From Balanoglossus misakiensis (Eukaryota; Animalia; Hemichordata): DNA of 64,000 nucleotides. Below, piece after piece: positions 1 through 13,100 of this stretch (position 1 is the first letter of the stretch; each line of letters begins with the position of its first letter). The stretch covers positions 14,988,998 to 15,052,997 of the forward strand of contig CM082578.2 in NCBI GenBank assembly GCA_040954595.2, in the 5' to 3' direction. The notes beneath the pieces are model-generated. The model worked only from the letters and a program-made list of their open reading frames with translations. It searched no databases and was not told the origin of the DNA. The translations under genes were made by a program, and so were the position numbers.

Positions 1-191
1 ATTGTGTGGCCTATGGTGACTTTAACCACTAGAAAACTGAAGGGCCATCTCATTGGTTGCAGCATTTCACACCCCAGTTTGATGATTGAATTGACCAATC
101 AGAAGTAGCCTTACATGACCACTTCACATCAGCTCCTAATGAAACGCTGTACCTAATAAACTTCATATTTTCACTATTTTCTTTGTTTCAG

Positions 192-589
192 AACGGCTAA
201 TTAAATCCTATTTCCTGATTGTGCGTAAAAACATTCAGGACAGTGTCCCGAAAGCTGTAATGCACTTTCTGGTCAATCATGTCAAAGACAACTTGCAGAG
301 TGAGCTGGTTGGTAATCTTTACAAACAGGAGTGCATTGATGATCTTTTAACGGAATCTGAACAAATGGCAATGAGAAGACGAGAAGCAGCTGAGATGCTA
401 AAGGTAATTTCTCTCGCTGCCCAGATTTCATTTACTAAACTACTTATAAAGTGAAATGTGCAAGACATGACTTTTTACAGTTCACATGTAAAATCCACCA
501 TCTCACTAATAATAAATCTATCTTTATTTCAGGCACTACAGAAAGCAAGCAACATCATCAGTGAAATCAGAGAAACACATCTCTGGTAA
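192..589 (+). CDS. DNM1L: Dynamin-1-like protein (Drp1), last two coding exons (GED domain); gene starts upstream of the window
   Basis: Exons 192-403 and 533-589 with AG/GT borders translate to [41 protein letters not shown]...[10 protein letters not shown]|[18 protein letters not shown], the characteristic Drp1 C-terminus. AATAAA at ~998 and ~1202. Confidence 0.96.
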
Positions 590-2249
590 TTATTTGAAGA
601 AGAAAAAAGCCAAGGTGCATGCTTGGTTGATGATATTTACTGCATGCCTGTGTAATATTTTAAGGGCAGGTGAGAGAGACAACTGAAAAGTTGCAATGAT
701 TTCTTCTGAAAGGAACTCACCTTGCCGAAAAGTGGTATTCTTCTTGAAAAGCTCCAGGAAAACTCAGTTTGTACAACAACACTACGCAAAGTTATTGTAC
801 AGGCAAATAGCACAAATTTTTGGGGTGATGGTTTTATCTTAAATGCAATGTTAAACTCAGACAAGGAATGTTTGATCCCTTGTGAAATGATATCTTCAAA
901 GTATTGTTGTTTGCAGCAAGTTTTGTACAATTTTAGCCAAGTTTGTTACCACATGTCCATGTTAGCATGTAGATATGAGAATATTAAAATTATGACCAAT
1001 AAAATTAGTGTGCACACTCTGTATTTGAATGTAGAAATATGCCATGTGTCTTTCTGTGTGGTTAGGTGTAGAGTTAGCTTTAGTCAATAATGGATCGGTC
1101 CGATTCTCAACCCAGTGATTGGCTGTCTTTGTGATGTGTCATAGGTCATAGGTCACACAATCTAGATTTGTATATTTCTCTGTCATTGCCTTTTTAGCAT
1201 CAATAAATCAAGCAATATACATTATACCTGTTTGGTTTACATCTCTATCTGATGAAGGCACTGCCATTATAAAATTTCCACATCCAATGTCAGATTTCCC
1301 TTTTTCAATTGGGAAGGTCACCATTTGTAATGATTGTATTATTTATGACTTTAAGATTACTGTTAATAAACTAAATTTAAAAAACGATAATGCATCTGCA
1401 AAAATGCTCCATTCCCAGACTGGGTACCCAGAGCATCACAACATGCCTGCTATTAAACAACTGAAAACCTTTTGCAACTTTCTTAGAATGTTATGAATTT
1501 ACTTTGTAATATATTATTTTTGTGTGTGTGTGTCTGACACAGTTTGACCCAAGCAAGATACCTGTATGTGAATATCAACAACTTACATAAAAACAGATAA
1601 TCGCACACAGAATTTTGTGGCACATAATATCTGTGTAGAATTTATTTGGTACTGCATAGCCATTGAATGTATTCATAGATACATCTAGTTGTACTGGTGT
1701 AGGAAAAATATGAAAATAAACTTTGTTTCTGTATATAACAAGAATATTACAATTTAATAGTAGATGTGTGGGTTTTTTTAAATTTATTGTGCAACAATTT
1801 ATTTTAACTTTATTATACAAATTATACAAAATGCACAATTGCAAGTTATATACATAGATTTGGCACATGATTTTATCACTTTCTTAATTTTTACATGTCT
1901 GGAAGGCATTTTATTAGGATGACATCTGGCAAATTCAACACATTATGAAAATAAACAAACACTTTGCCACTGTGAAATCCAAGTCAGAATTTCTGATGCA
2001 CATATTCAAGAAAACTGGCAGGTAGCAATTAACAAGTCATCCCCATGCATACCATAGCTGTATTCCTGTCTAAATCCCAGAATGATCCCAATGTATAAAC
2101 ATGGAAGACGATTACAAAGTTTGTGCGCATTCAGTTGAACTTTTCTGTAAGGCTTAAGCTGATTGATCTTCCAAAACCATGCAAGTGCATGACTGAATGC
2201 CACCAGCCAATCAGTTTCACTCTACTGTCAAGTCTGGGGTGTTAGGATT

Positions 2250-5200
2250 CTAGTACTCATCTGCATACATCCCTGATCGCAGATTCGAGAATCCTCCTAA
2301 CAAAGCCCTGGAAGAGAAAAAAATGACAATCTTTAATCATTGACAAGTCAAGATAGTTGGCAGGTCAGAGAGAGACCTGTTGACTAGCATTAGAGAACAA
2401 TGCATTCACACAATTCTTGAATTCTATTGATTAAATACAGTTAATGTAAAAATAGCTGTGATAACACCTTGCCCACCTGTAATTGATCATGGCAGTCCTT
2501 TTCAATTTTGTAGATGTCAACATTTTGTTGATTTGCTCCTGCAAATTTAAAAGGGACAATTTATTATTTTTTGAGGAATCATCACTAAGTTACAGATTCC
2601 TTGCAGGGTTTATGATCATAAGTTACAGGAAAATGTTACAATTATCTCACCTCACTTATTTGCAAACCATTCTCTTTCAAGACATCCATGACTTCATCAA
2701 ATGCTATTGCATGGACACGATCAATGTCCTTTTGTAGAAATTTATCCAGGACACAGAGTTGATTTTCACTGATGAACTGATCCACCATACTAACAGTACT
2801 GCTTGAAATCTGCAAAGAGAACGACAGGTATATGTACAAAATGTACATTGACATTGCCTGTATAGTCTATGTCCTCGACCCCTCTCCCCCTCCCTCTCTC
2901 TGCTATGAAATGAAACAGGCTGAGTAGCACTACCTGTTGTCTTTTGTAGCCTCCAACACCAGCATGCAGAACATAGATATCTTTAGCTTCCATCAGATCA
3001 TCAATCTTAGCTTTGATGCCAGTGGGCACTGTCAGACCCTGCAAGAAACACCAACCAAATAGACATCTTTAACAAACTATTGGGGGAAAACACCTATCTT
3101 GAGGCTTCCGTCATGTGATAATGACACATACCATTTTCCGATGGGTACAACTCACTCATAATCATGACATGCTGTGCGTCCAATGTGTAATCATAGCATC
3201 ATTGAAAATACTTTCAAATGTGTTAGTGCGCCCCCATTGGTAACAATAAAGCACTATATTGATCCGGCATTCAAATATTGTTTGGCACTCAAATTAACCA
3301 GCTGTAGTAATAATTAAGCACTGAGAAATCCCTGCAGATCACTGATGTAATTCTTACCTGTATTGTAAATACTCTGAGTGTACGGTGTTTGTACATTGGA
3401 GCCAGTAATGTCATTATGCCCTCTTCACCAAGAGGGTTGGTCCCCATCTACAAACAATGAATAAACACAAGGAAACGTTATAAATTGGGAATAACCTCAA
3501 TAATGAAAATCTTCAAGAAATCTTGTTTTGGAAAAAACAGGATTTCCACTTTATGGTAACTGTTAGTAACCAAACATTGTGCCATTTGACTACTTACCAT
3601 GAGAACTTCCAATCCAAGGTTCTTCTTAAGCCCAATCACCAGTTTTTTGGCAGATTCAAGGTTGATATGATTATTACTGTAAGAATGAGACCAAGAAATG
3701 ATATGATTCTTCAGCCAAACAATTAACATAGAAAATATGATCAGATATTGAAGGATGGAGAAATAGCAATTCAGACAAAAATGCCAATATTTCCAGAAAA
3801 TACAACACAATGGATAGAATGCAACTTGACTTTATTTCTATTTCATGGTGTTATTATTTTACCTTAAATTGAGTATTCTGAGCGTAGTGTTGACTTTGAG
3901 GGCTCTACCAAGTGCTTGACAACCAGGCAGTGCAATGCCATTCCATGACAAGTCCAGCATTTCTAGTACGCTATTAGCCTGTTTGAGATCATGCATAGAA
4001 AGATGTGTATGCAAACACATATATCACACACATGCATTAGATGTAGTCGTTTGCTTTTCATGCAGTGGTTGGAGGGTAAAACACATTGTGATCAATTACA
4101 AAAAGTGCAACAACAATGTTGTAATCTGATTGCTTTGAATTCTTGAATGTAGGTTTTGTTTCAAGTCTTAAATGAATTGGGCTTCAAATGTAACATGGTA
4201 TATCTAGACTTAGCAGATAACAAATATGAGACATGCAAAACAACTCAATTACTTTTGCATTTTATTATAGTGGCTTTTAATTCATCCTCAAAAGGATCCA
4301 AAACCATCTCCATGCCAAGTTTCTTCAACTCACCTTCAAGGCATTAAACAGAGCCACACTGCCTTTACCCCGGATTGCATTCCAACTGAGATTCAATCGA
4401 ACCAGTCCATTATTTTCAGCCTATTGTTGCAGACAAAAATAAACATTTATTGAGTAAGACATAACTGTTCATCCAGTCCTACTTAAACAGTTATTGCTCC
4501 ATTCCTGTCTGTGTTGCATAGACATGTAAATATTTCATGGACAATTCTGTTGTGCAAAGTTGCTGAGAAGCAGACAGGCTATGATAGCTAAAATGCTAAA
4601 GATCTACTACAACAGAGTGGATTTATCCCTTGTAAAATTGGATACATAAACAAACAAGTTTTGCAGGAGAAATGACCAAGCCCAAACACTGAAAAGAAAA
4701 CAATTAAATAATTTACATACCAACCCTGGAGCTAAATGTACTCCTGCAAATTCTCCAAAGTCATTGTTGCTAAGATCTAACTCTGTTAGAGTGGAGTTAC
4801 TTTTCAGAGCCTCCGATAAGAGTCTGGCATCGGAATCAGTCAGATGGTTGGCTGAAATAAATCAAAACATTTTAACTCATCAGGCAATTAATACAACATG
4901 TTTTATTAAATTTTAATCTGAAAATATATGAATTATTGCTAATATTTTTGTGTTCATTATATATACAGCAGTCACAATTTGTGTCATTTATTTGTTGATT
5001 GAATATTTCATGAATGCATCAATATCCCATATCCTGTTTGACAAGGTTTAATATAGCCAAAGAAAGAAATTGCATTTCCATTGATAAGCTATGGATATGA
5101 CTATAAAATCAATGTTTCCATGAACCAGGTCTTTTCAAGATTGGAGGTTTTTATTCAGAAACTTATTGTTAAGCTGCACGTTATGTATTTTATTATGGAG

Positions 5201-7742
5201 TGGAGTTCTTAATAGTAACCATGACAACTCACTCACCTCTGAGTGATAGCGTTTTCAAAGTATAATTGGTTTCTAGCATCGATAGGACTGCTGATGCTCC
5301 ACGAGAATAAATACAATTTTCAGCGATGTCCTGATAAAAAATGTGATATGTTAAAATTTTTTACCCAGTGAATTCATACATTCCTGATTATCTCATACTC
5401 GGAATACTTCAATTCCAAATTCGAATGCATGGCAATTTGTCCAGGAAAGCAGTAACACATATTAACACTCTTACCAATTTTGCAATGCTGCAGTTTTCTC
5501 TCATCATGGTTCCCAAGGCAACTGTACCTTCATCTTCAATGTGGTTATCAACTAAATCCAACTCTTCAATATATGGATTGTTCTAGACAACAAATAGATC
5601 AGATTTACAGTTCAGATTGATATAAAAAAGATGAATTATCATCTGACATTTTTAATCCGTTTTATCAAGTATAATACTAAAAACTACCCACAGCAATCAA
5701 AACACTAGATGACCTTCTCTTATTTACAGCCAGACTCATTAATTCTTAATTAACATGTGTCATGTCAATTTGAAATGTAATTAACTTTGTGCTAGCTCAA
5801 TCTGAAATGAGCTTTTTTTAAAACCTTATTGATCTGTCGCAATGAGTGTCTTTTGATACTCTGATCTTTAGCTCTACCAGTGACAATCTGATGGCTGACT
5901 TTGGCCAATGGTCTTTACTCACCATCAAAGCCTTAGCTAATGGCTTGGTACCTTTGCCACCCAGATAGTGATGTCTCATTCTCATTGAAGGCTCTTTCAG
6001 GTGTCTTAACACATAGGATATAGGAATCAATCCTAGATACCACAAAGAGATGATGTCATTTGATGGACCATTAAAGAGAAACTACTGGTCAAAACAGCAT
6101 AATCTTCAGGTGTGAAAAATTATAAATCCAAACTCAATTCCTGTGTATATTGGACCACGACCCTAATTATGACTGGACAGTTGAAATGCAAGATGGTTTT
6201 CTGGAAAGTTTCATCAGAAAGGCCATAACTCTTACCTTCCTTCTTGCATTGTTCCAAATACACATTAGTACCACTTGGATCATATTCTTTCTCTGGTTCT
6301 GGTGGTCAAATGAAATATATGAGTTGAACTTCATGTATGAAACAGATGAAAATAACTGTCTGATCTGATATAGGTCTGCCTTTTTTAAGTATGCGTAAGG
6401 TTTCAAAGTACTGTAGCAGAAATTGCGCAGAAATTGAAATGTTGCTTTATGAAGAACTGCTAACACTAGATAAAAGATAACTAACAGGTGTTGTCATGAC
6501 TACCAGTGCTTACCTGCAACTGTTGGTACTGGAAGGCATGGTGAAGATAAACACAACAAAGACAGTAAATTTCTAGACACAGAATTTATCTAACAATTTG
6601 ACAATGCCAAACAGTGAGCCCAGATTGGATCGTTAATGAGATTTTAAAGCCAAGATTTTTGTGCGTCAACTTTCACACGAACTGTTATATCATTCTCACC
6701 TGGTGGGAAATCATCTTCTAAATCTGTATCATATTCGTCATCTGCCACCTGTGGACCTTCTAGAAGTTCTTGAAATGACTGGACTGATCTTTTCAGTTTG
6801 GGACCTGGAGAAACAGCGGGTGTGACCTCCTTCTCTTCTGTCTCCTCCTTCTTCTTTGGTGTCCACACCCATTTGGCCTTTTCATCCAATTTCTCTGATT
6901 CTATAAAATGTGTGAAAAGAGATGCATATTAAAGTGCAAAATATAAAAACGCCCCACTCAAGTCCCCAGATCACTGACGTGAGGACAATAGCATTCACTC
7001 AAATATGGTACAGGAAAGCTACCAGTGGCCAATGTAAATTTACAAGAGTGCGTACTTAAGCCACCTGTTGATTCAACCATGTATATGTTTGCAGAGTGAC
7101 AGCCGTCTTGTTGGTAGCAATAGCAGACACGTAGTGACACAAATATTGCATAACACAAACTCTAGACACGGCTTATTATCAGTTATTTTATTGTCACTGA
7201 GTATTTTTCCAGAGCTTGGCAACCATACCTGTGTTGACCTCCATCCCTTCCTCTGACATGACATCCATGTCGCGTGTTGCAACGACCAGCTCTGTAGCAG
7301 ACCATGGTCTGACGACTTCGTTCCCTGCCACTGGCCTGGCTGATTTGGGTCTCAGTGTGGGGGGCGACCTTCTCCCTCCCTTTCGGCTCCTCTCCCCAAC
7401 ACTGCTCCACGGCCTCACTTTTGGTCCTCTGGTTTCCGTGGCAACCAGAACCAACTGTTTCTCGGTAGATGGAGCTTTGTCAGCTTCTATCTCCTCCGTT
7501 TTTTCACTCTCCGCGATGACTGATTTTGGCTTCACTTTGGCTCGCCGTATTCTCTTTGGGGATGTCCTGGGAGATCCATCACTTCCCACTGGATGATGAT
7601 GTCGACATTTGGAACCTTGGGGCACCCTGAAACCCTTTTCAACTTTTTCACTTGTATATTCCGCCCTCAGTCTTTCGTCTTCCTCCTTCCTACTTTCTAT
7701 GATGGTTTCCAAAATAGCCATTGATGACGGAGTGCTGGCCAT
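2250..7742 (-). CDS. LRRC74: Leucine-rich repeat protein of the LRRC74 family (RNI-like LRRs, C-terminal EF-hand-like region)
   Basis: Phase-consistent exons: 7742-7229, 6900-6700, (6528-6514 optional), 6298-6236, 6032-5923, 5582-5475, 5330-5237, 4851-4721, 4420-4334, 3978-3863, 3676-3598, 3447-3358, 3038-2934, 2809-2651, 2538-2477, 2307-2250. Motifs EYDTDLE, YLEQCKKEGLIPISYVLRHL...MRHHYLGGKGTKPLAKALM and repeated LxxLDLSxNxI resemble LRRC74A/B. Paralog (A or B) not assignable. Confidence 0.85.
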
Positions 7743-10125
7743 GACTGTTATGTAAGTAGGCTTCAGAAAATAAAGGAGTTCAGGTGTTATACCGGAGCCA
7801 TTTGTCAATCAGCAAAACAAACGAAACCAGAATGGGCTTCAAACATACTGAGTTATATCGTGGATGTACCAGAAAAGTCTGCTAAATAGGTTAATCATTG
7901 TTTTTTGTAGTCATGGTATCATACCATTACAAGCAAAACAGTCTACACTAAGTGCATTATCTTGTATCGTGCAATTATATCAGCCAGAAAGAGAATATGT
8001 ACTTTGCGTAAATAACATAAACTTTGAATGGCTGGCTTCCAAGTAAGGCTTTCAATCGATCGTTATGTTGTTTTCTCCCAGGGATGTTGGCTTGTAATAC
8101 CGTAATACACAATGTTGAATCCGGTGTCATTTTATGAACGTTAATCCGGAATATACTCCGGAACATGCATGAAACAATTAAAATCCGCTTCGTAAAATCG
8201 CATTAAGGACCGCAACATTACGGTAACAAAATGTTATACAATGACGTTAACGCCTATTGTGAGTTCTGGGTTTTCTATTGTTATTCAAATTAACAGTTCG
8301 TTAAGTTAGGGTGTCGAAATTTGATACAGTGCAGTGATCACCAGTAAATTGTTACAAAAACATATACACTGTCTTTCTAGATTGCAGTCGTACTCCCATT
8401 TACGTGAAACCTAACTGATTTGTACTACCGGTATTGATACCAGGCACGTCCATTAATGACTGCCGGTGTGTGGTTCGTATTCCCGGGATCAGTTCCCCTC
8501 CAGTTGTTCACCTGATCCATAGTCATATTCTTAAAATAACATACATATATCCTTTACATGGATTTTAATATTTTAAAGCGAAACTGTCCTCCCAAAAATC
8601 CCTGACTTAAAAGGCCATGTAAACTGTTAGTTAAGGGGGAATCTCACCTTTAAATTTCGACGTGGCGTTTCTGTTGACTACATTGAAAACACGGTGGGGA
8701 TTTATCACAGCAGGGCACGGGTCGATACCTGTTGATCCTCGATTCGGTGATTATTTTACCTCCAATCAACCAAGAAACGAGTGTATTAAACACAAAATAT
8801 AATGTATTCAATCCAGAAGTCAAGTCCGCTCCCCCGTTGCACGGATCTGGTTTGTTTCTCGTGATTACACAGTGGAGTGTTTGACTTCCTACTCGGCAGT
8901 TAGTAGCGTCATTGACAACGACTGGTATGTATATTTCATGGTTTGGCCACAGTCCCACGTCAGTGTTGGTATAGTTAAGTTTACAAAAATATGTGCATGA
9001 GGGCGCACTGTTTACCTCTAGACTCCAATCTTACACTGACAGGTACATTTTGTATTTGAGGGGCATTTCGCACGCAGGGAGACCACTTTTCTCTTGAAGC
9101 GTGTGGGATATTTTGGGGACGTTAAATACTATAAGGTTATTCACAAACTACCGGGATTCATGTCCGAGTCCAAGACGCGCAGATCAATCTTTATGTTGTT
9201 TTCTCCTCGTCAGGGAGGGCGGTTATTTCATGAGAGAAAGATAACACAAGACAGGTACAACATGCATCATCATCACTCACGTTTCAAACTTACTCTTAAC
9301 ATCTATTAAAAGCTACATCAATCCATCCAAGGCATTTTCAGTGAATACCAAAAAAACTTGACTCTCATAAAACACTATTTTACTCAAAATTTCAGATTGC
9401 CATGGAATGAGAAGGGCTGAGAATGAAAAATGTTCAGAAAATGTTGTATACATTAAGGAGAATTGGTGAAGATTGTGTGAAGAAACTTGTGAAATAATAG
9501 AAACTTGGAGAGTTGTACAAATACATCACACTGAAGAAGTTGTCTTTACATTTGCTATTTACACAAATTACAAGGTTTACATCAAATTATCACACAATAT
9601 AACAAACTCAAAGTAGTCTCTCCAAAGTGTACATGCTATTTAAAACAACCTGTAAACAAATGTGTAAATATTTATTCCAAGGGTTTGAATTGGAAAATTT
9701 TGTTTTGCATCAATTAAGATTTATTTAAAGAATTTATTGTCTGTAATTTGCCTCATACAGATTTAGAATTTGCCTTGACAAGAACCCACTGTATAATACA
9801 TATACATGTACCATGGCATACATGTATAAACATGTAAATACTGCATGTTCCTACATATATGTTTCTGAAAAAAACAGTTGATTTCATAGTGTTGTGATTT
9901 GCTTGTAGAGCTTGAAAACTGACAAAATAAAAGGTATAATATAAAAAGTATTGTACAATCCTGGATGTCTTCAACATTTTTTGAGAATATATACATTCTC
10001 TCAGAAAATCTTCACTGAAGAAAAAAGTTGACAGCAAAGTGAAAGTTTTCTTGTTTTTGTTTTAAACAAGTAGAATGCACACACAACAAGTTCATTCGCT
10101 AGTTATAGTCCATTTGATGTGAATT

Positions 10126-13100
10126 TTATTTTGTAAAATAGGTTGTGGGTGATTGTATAGCTTTCATCCACTCATCCCTCTCTTCTTCAGTATGTGCCTG
10201 TAGAATGTATTCATCTCTTTTGTGAGTGATTATCTTGAACAGATTGGTGCGCGATTTATTCTTCACGTCTGAAAATTGCAAAAAATAGAAAAGATACATA
10301 AAATACCTAGGCATATATGCGAAAGGAATCAGAAATCGTACGTTGTTGCCTGCATTGTCGAAAGACAAATCAAAAACATCAAGAAATTGATAGTTTTTGC
10401 TCTCACATTCCCGTGGTTCTGTTCTAAGACAAACTGTATCGTTGTCAGGAAAGGGTTGGGCAGATTTTCATCTATGAGAAGAGCGTGATATCCCCAAGAT
10501 CAAATTATATGGAAACATATAATACACTCGGTGTGAAAATTCAGTAAGCGAAAGCACCGCAAATCATTGACTGGGTGATCCTACCAGAGTCTCCAGTACC
10601 AGAGAAAACCAACTCAACTCTGCATCTCGCCAGCGGAACTTCTCCCAGAGGTTTCTCTTCTTGCTGAGCATGCGCATGAAAACAGAACACAAACAGTCGC
10701 AGAAAGACAGATAAGCTTATAAATGTAGAATATCCTGTAAGTCCCAATCTTATATTCACAATTTCTCTAATAACTCTTCATATCAAATTGTAGCCACTTA
10801 GTTAACTGACCTTTGAACCTTTGTAGTAAAATAGCTTGGCACCGGGTGGATCCTTCTTCATGACGAAGAGCCTCGTTTTCCACGTGTGTCGAACGTGGCC
10901 CTGTAAAAGTGTAAAAGTCCCTAATGAGATAAAGTAGCCTAATCATATTTAGGATGATTTTAACAGGTTTAGTGAGTACGAGTTATTCAAATTTAACGAA
11001 GGGTATTTCGATGGAATTTTAGTCGTAATTGCAAGAATGCATTTACATACATTTTGTGAGAAAATCAGGTCTGAAAAGTAGAGATAGGCTACTAATCATA
11101 ATTTCGAGCTGACATTGCCACTAGACAGTGTTCGCGAACAAAAATGGACTGAAATGGTGAATAGATCTGAATTTTTGCGGGCTTGATGTATTACACGATG
11201 GCAGTATACACAGACCCTTTTAATGAGAAATCCTTGCTTCAGAACTTTCCCTTTCGATTCTTTGGTCAATGTGTCAATCTTGGAGCCGTTCAGTGGCCGT
11301 TCTTCGTCACTTTCATCATCACTGCTGTCGAAGGGTTTCTTTCCAGCAGATTCCAGTTGTAATGTGGACTGATGCGATTGCAAGGAGTAAAAGTCAAAAT
11401 GTGAAGAAGTGAATAAGTATATTTCTTCTGTAAGAGGTGATTACTTATCGTAATCTAGAAAGGGCCATCATACTCGAGTTGGCTCTAATTTTACATTAGT
11501 TTGCTGGTTGTTTGCTGTTCTGTTCCGTTCCGCCTCTCTAGATTGTCATTTCGTTTAACTTTGCAAGGATCAAAGATTCTCGGAATCATTTACTCACAAA
11601 TCTGTAGATTTTCCCAGCGTTGAAGTCAGCCAGATTTTCTTTGGACATGGATTGAACGTGACCTTGTTGTAGAAGACTTTGTCCCAGGGATATGGCTTCC
11701 TCGGGATTTGAGACAAACGACCAGGAAATCAGCCAATCCACCAGTTTCTCGCCTGAAAAGGAAATTTGGCAAATATCTTACGAGAAGGTCACTTTGCTAT
11801 TCCATTTGGTGATATATACGTGGACTGTTGCCAAAGCTTGTTGTGGAGAGGTTTCGAAGTACAATTACGCACGCTATACAAAACATCAGACTCTGTTTTC
11901 AGTCGTCTAGAATCCAGTCGTCGTATCGAGATTCACTCTCCTCTAGGGCGAGAGTTGACACGATGCGACGTCTGGATTCTAGGATACTGTTTTAGTAAAT
12001 GATGTTACTCTGACGGGAAGTGGGGTTCATTCGATCATTCGTACGATTATTATCGACACAGGCCTTCTGTGGTAGTATGTACGTACCTCTGAAACAGTTT
12101 TTAAGTTCTTTACCGTCTTGACTAATTTTTTCGAGGGGAACACCAGCGTCACCATCTTGCATTGCCCCGACTAACTCGCTAATGAAAAAAAAAATCAGAA
12201 ATTCGAATGGACCATGTTCACCAAATAATCGATCAACAGATACTAATCAATGAATAGGCGATGGTTTGATGAATAGACTGACGGGTTAGAAGGTAGTCTG
12301 AATGTATTTTGATAAATCGATCGATTGACCAATCGTGAAATTCCGTCCCAAGTTCCCTCTCACATTTGCTTCTTTTTTTATATCTTACCGGATACAATGC
12401 AATGGAAAGGGTATAAAATGGTAACATTATCTTGCTTACTCATGAGCACATGCAAAACCCGGAATATCACTTATTTTCCTCTGCCCTACCCGGCCTGAAT
12501 CAGTTCCATAACGACATGACCCACATCTTCACAACTATTCTGAGTTCATCTATTTTCATCTTTTGCAAAGCTGGCGGATGTCACGACAAACCAGCTTCCC
12601 CAGGCATTACATTTTTTGCACTTGTAAAACAGAAGTAACCTTCAAAACTCGTGGATAAGATCATTAGAATATGTGGGTGTTACATTCCTATTGAGTCAAT
12701 AATTATTGCGTTTCCATAATATTATCATGTACCTGTGACTGACGTTCAACTGAGGTTGTACAGACGACACTCGATCTCCTTTGGTATCCGATCGACGGAT
12801 AGCATCACCGATTGCTTGGACCCATTCGTCTCTTTCCACCTCAGAGGCGGCCTGTACCAGAAATTCTTTCCCGCCCCTCGTCACAATCCGGAAGACACCC
12901 TGTTGGCAGGTATACATATTGCACTCTTACTAAGTTTAGTGACTTTCGCACGTTAAAGCTTGTTAGGACGTGCAGACGTGCATAAAACCTTTGTGCGGGT
13001 ACGCATATACCATCACCTTATTCTGTCCCATCTCGCGGAGAAAGTTATGCTATATATCTAATGAAAAGGTCGGACTTCGTCGTGCAATAATGGTTCAATC

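Noticed and set aside
637-2203. ORFs 637-930, 722-1090, 1575-1868 and similar
   Set aside because: They lie in the convergent 3'UTRs of DNM1L and LRRC74, with no domain-like content or splice support.
6167-6466. 99-aa minus-strand ORF within LRRC74
   Set aside because: The conserved coding exon 6298-6236 is in a different frame; the rest is intron.
10407-10471. Possible extra pleckstrin exon (ag|ATGAAAAT...GGGAAT|gtgag)
   Set aside because: At 65 nt it breaks the frame, and the flanking exons join correctly without it.
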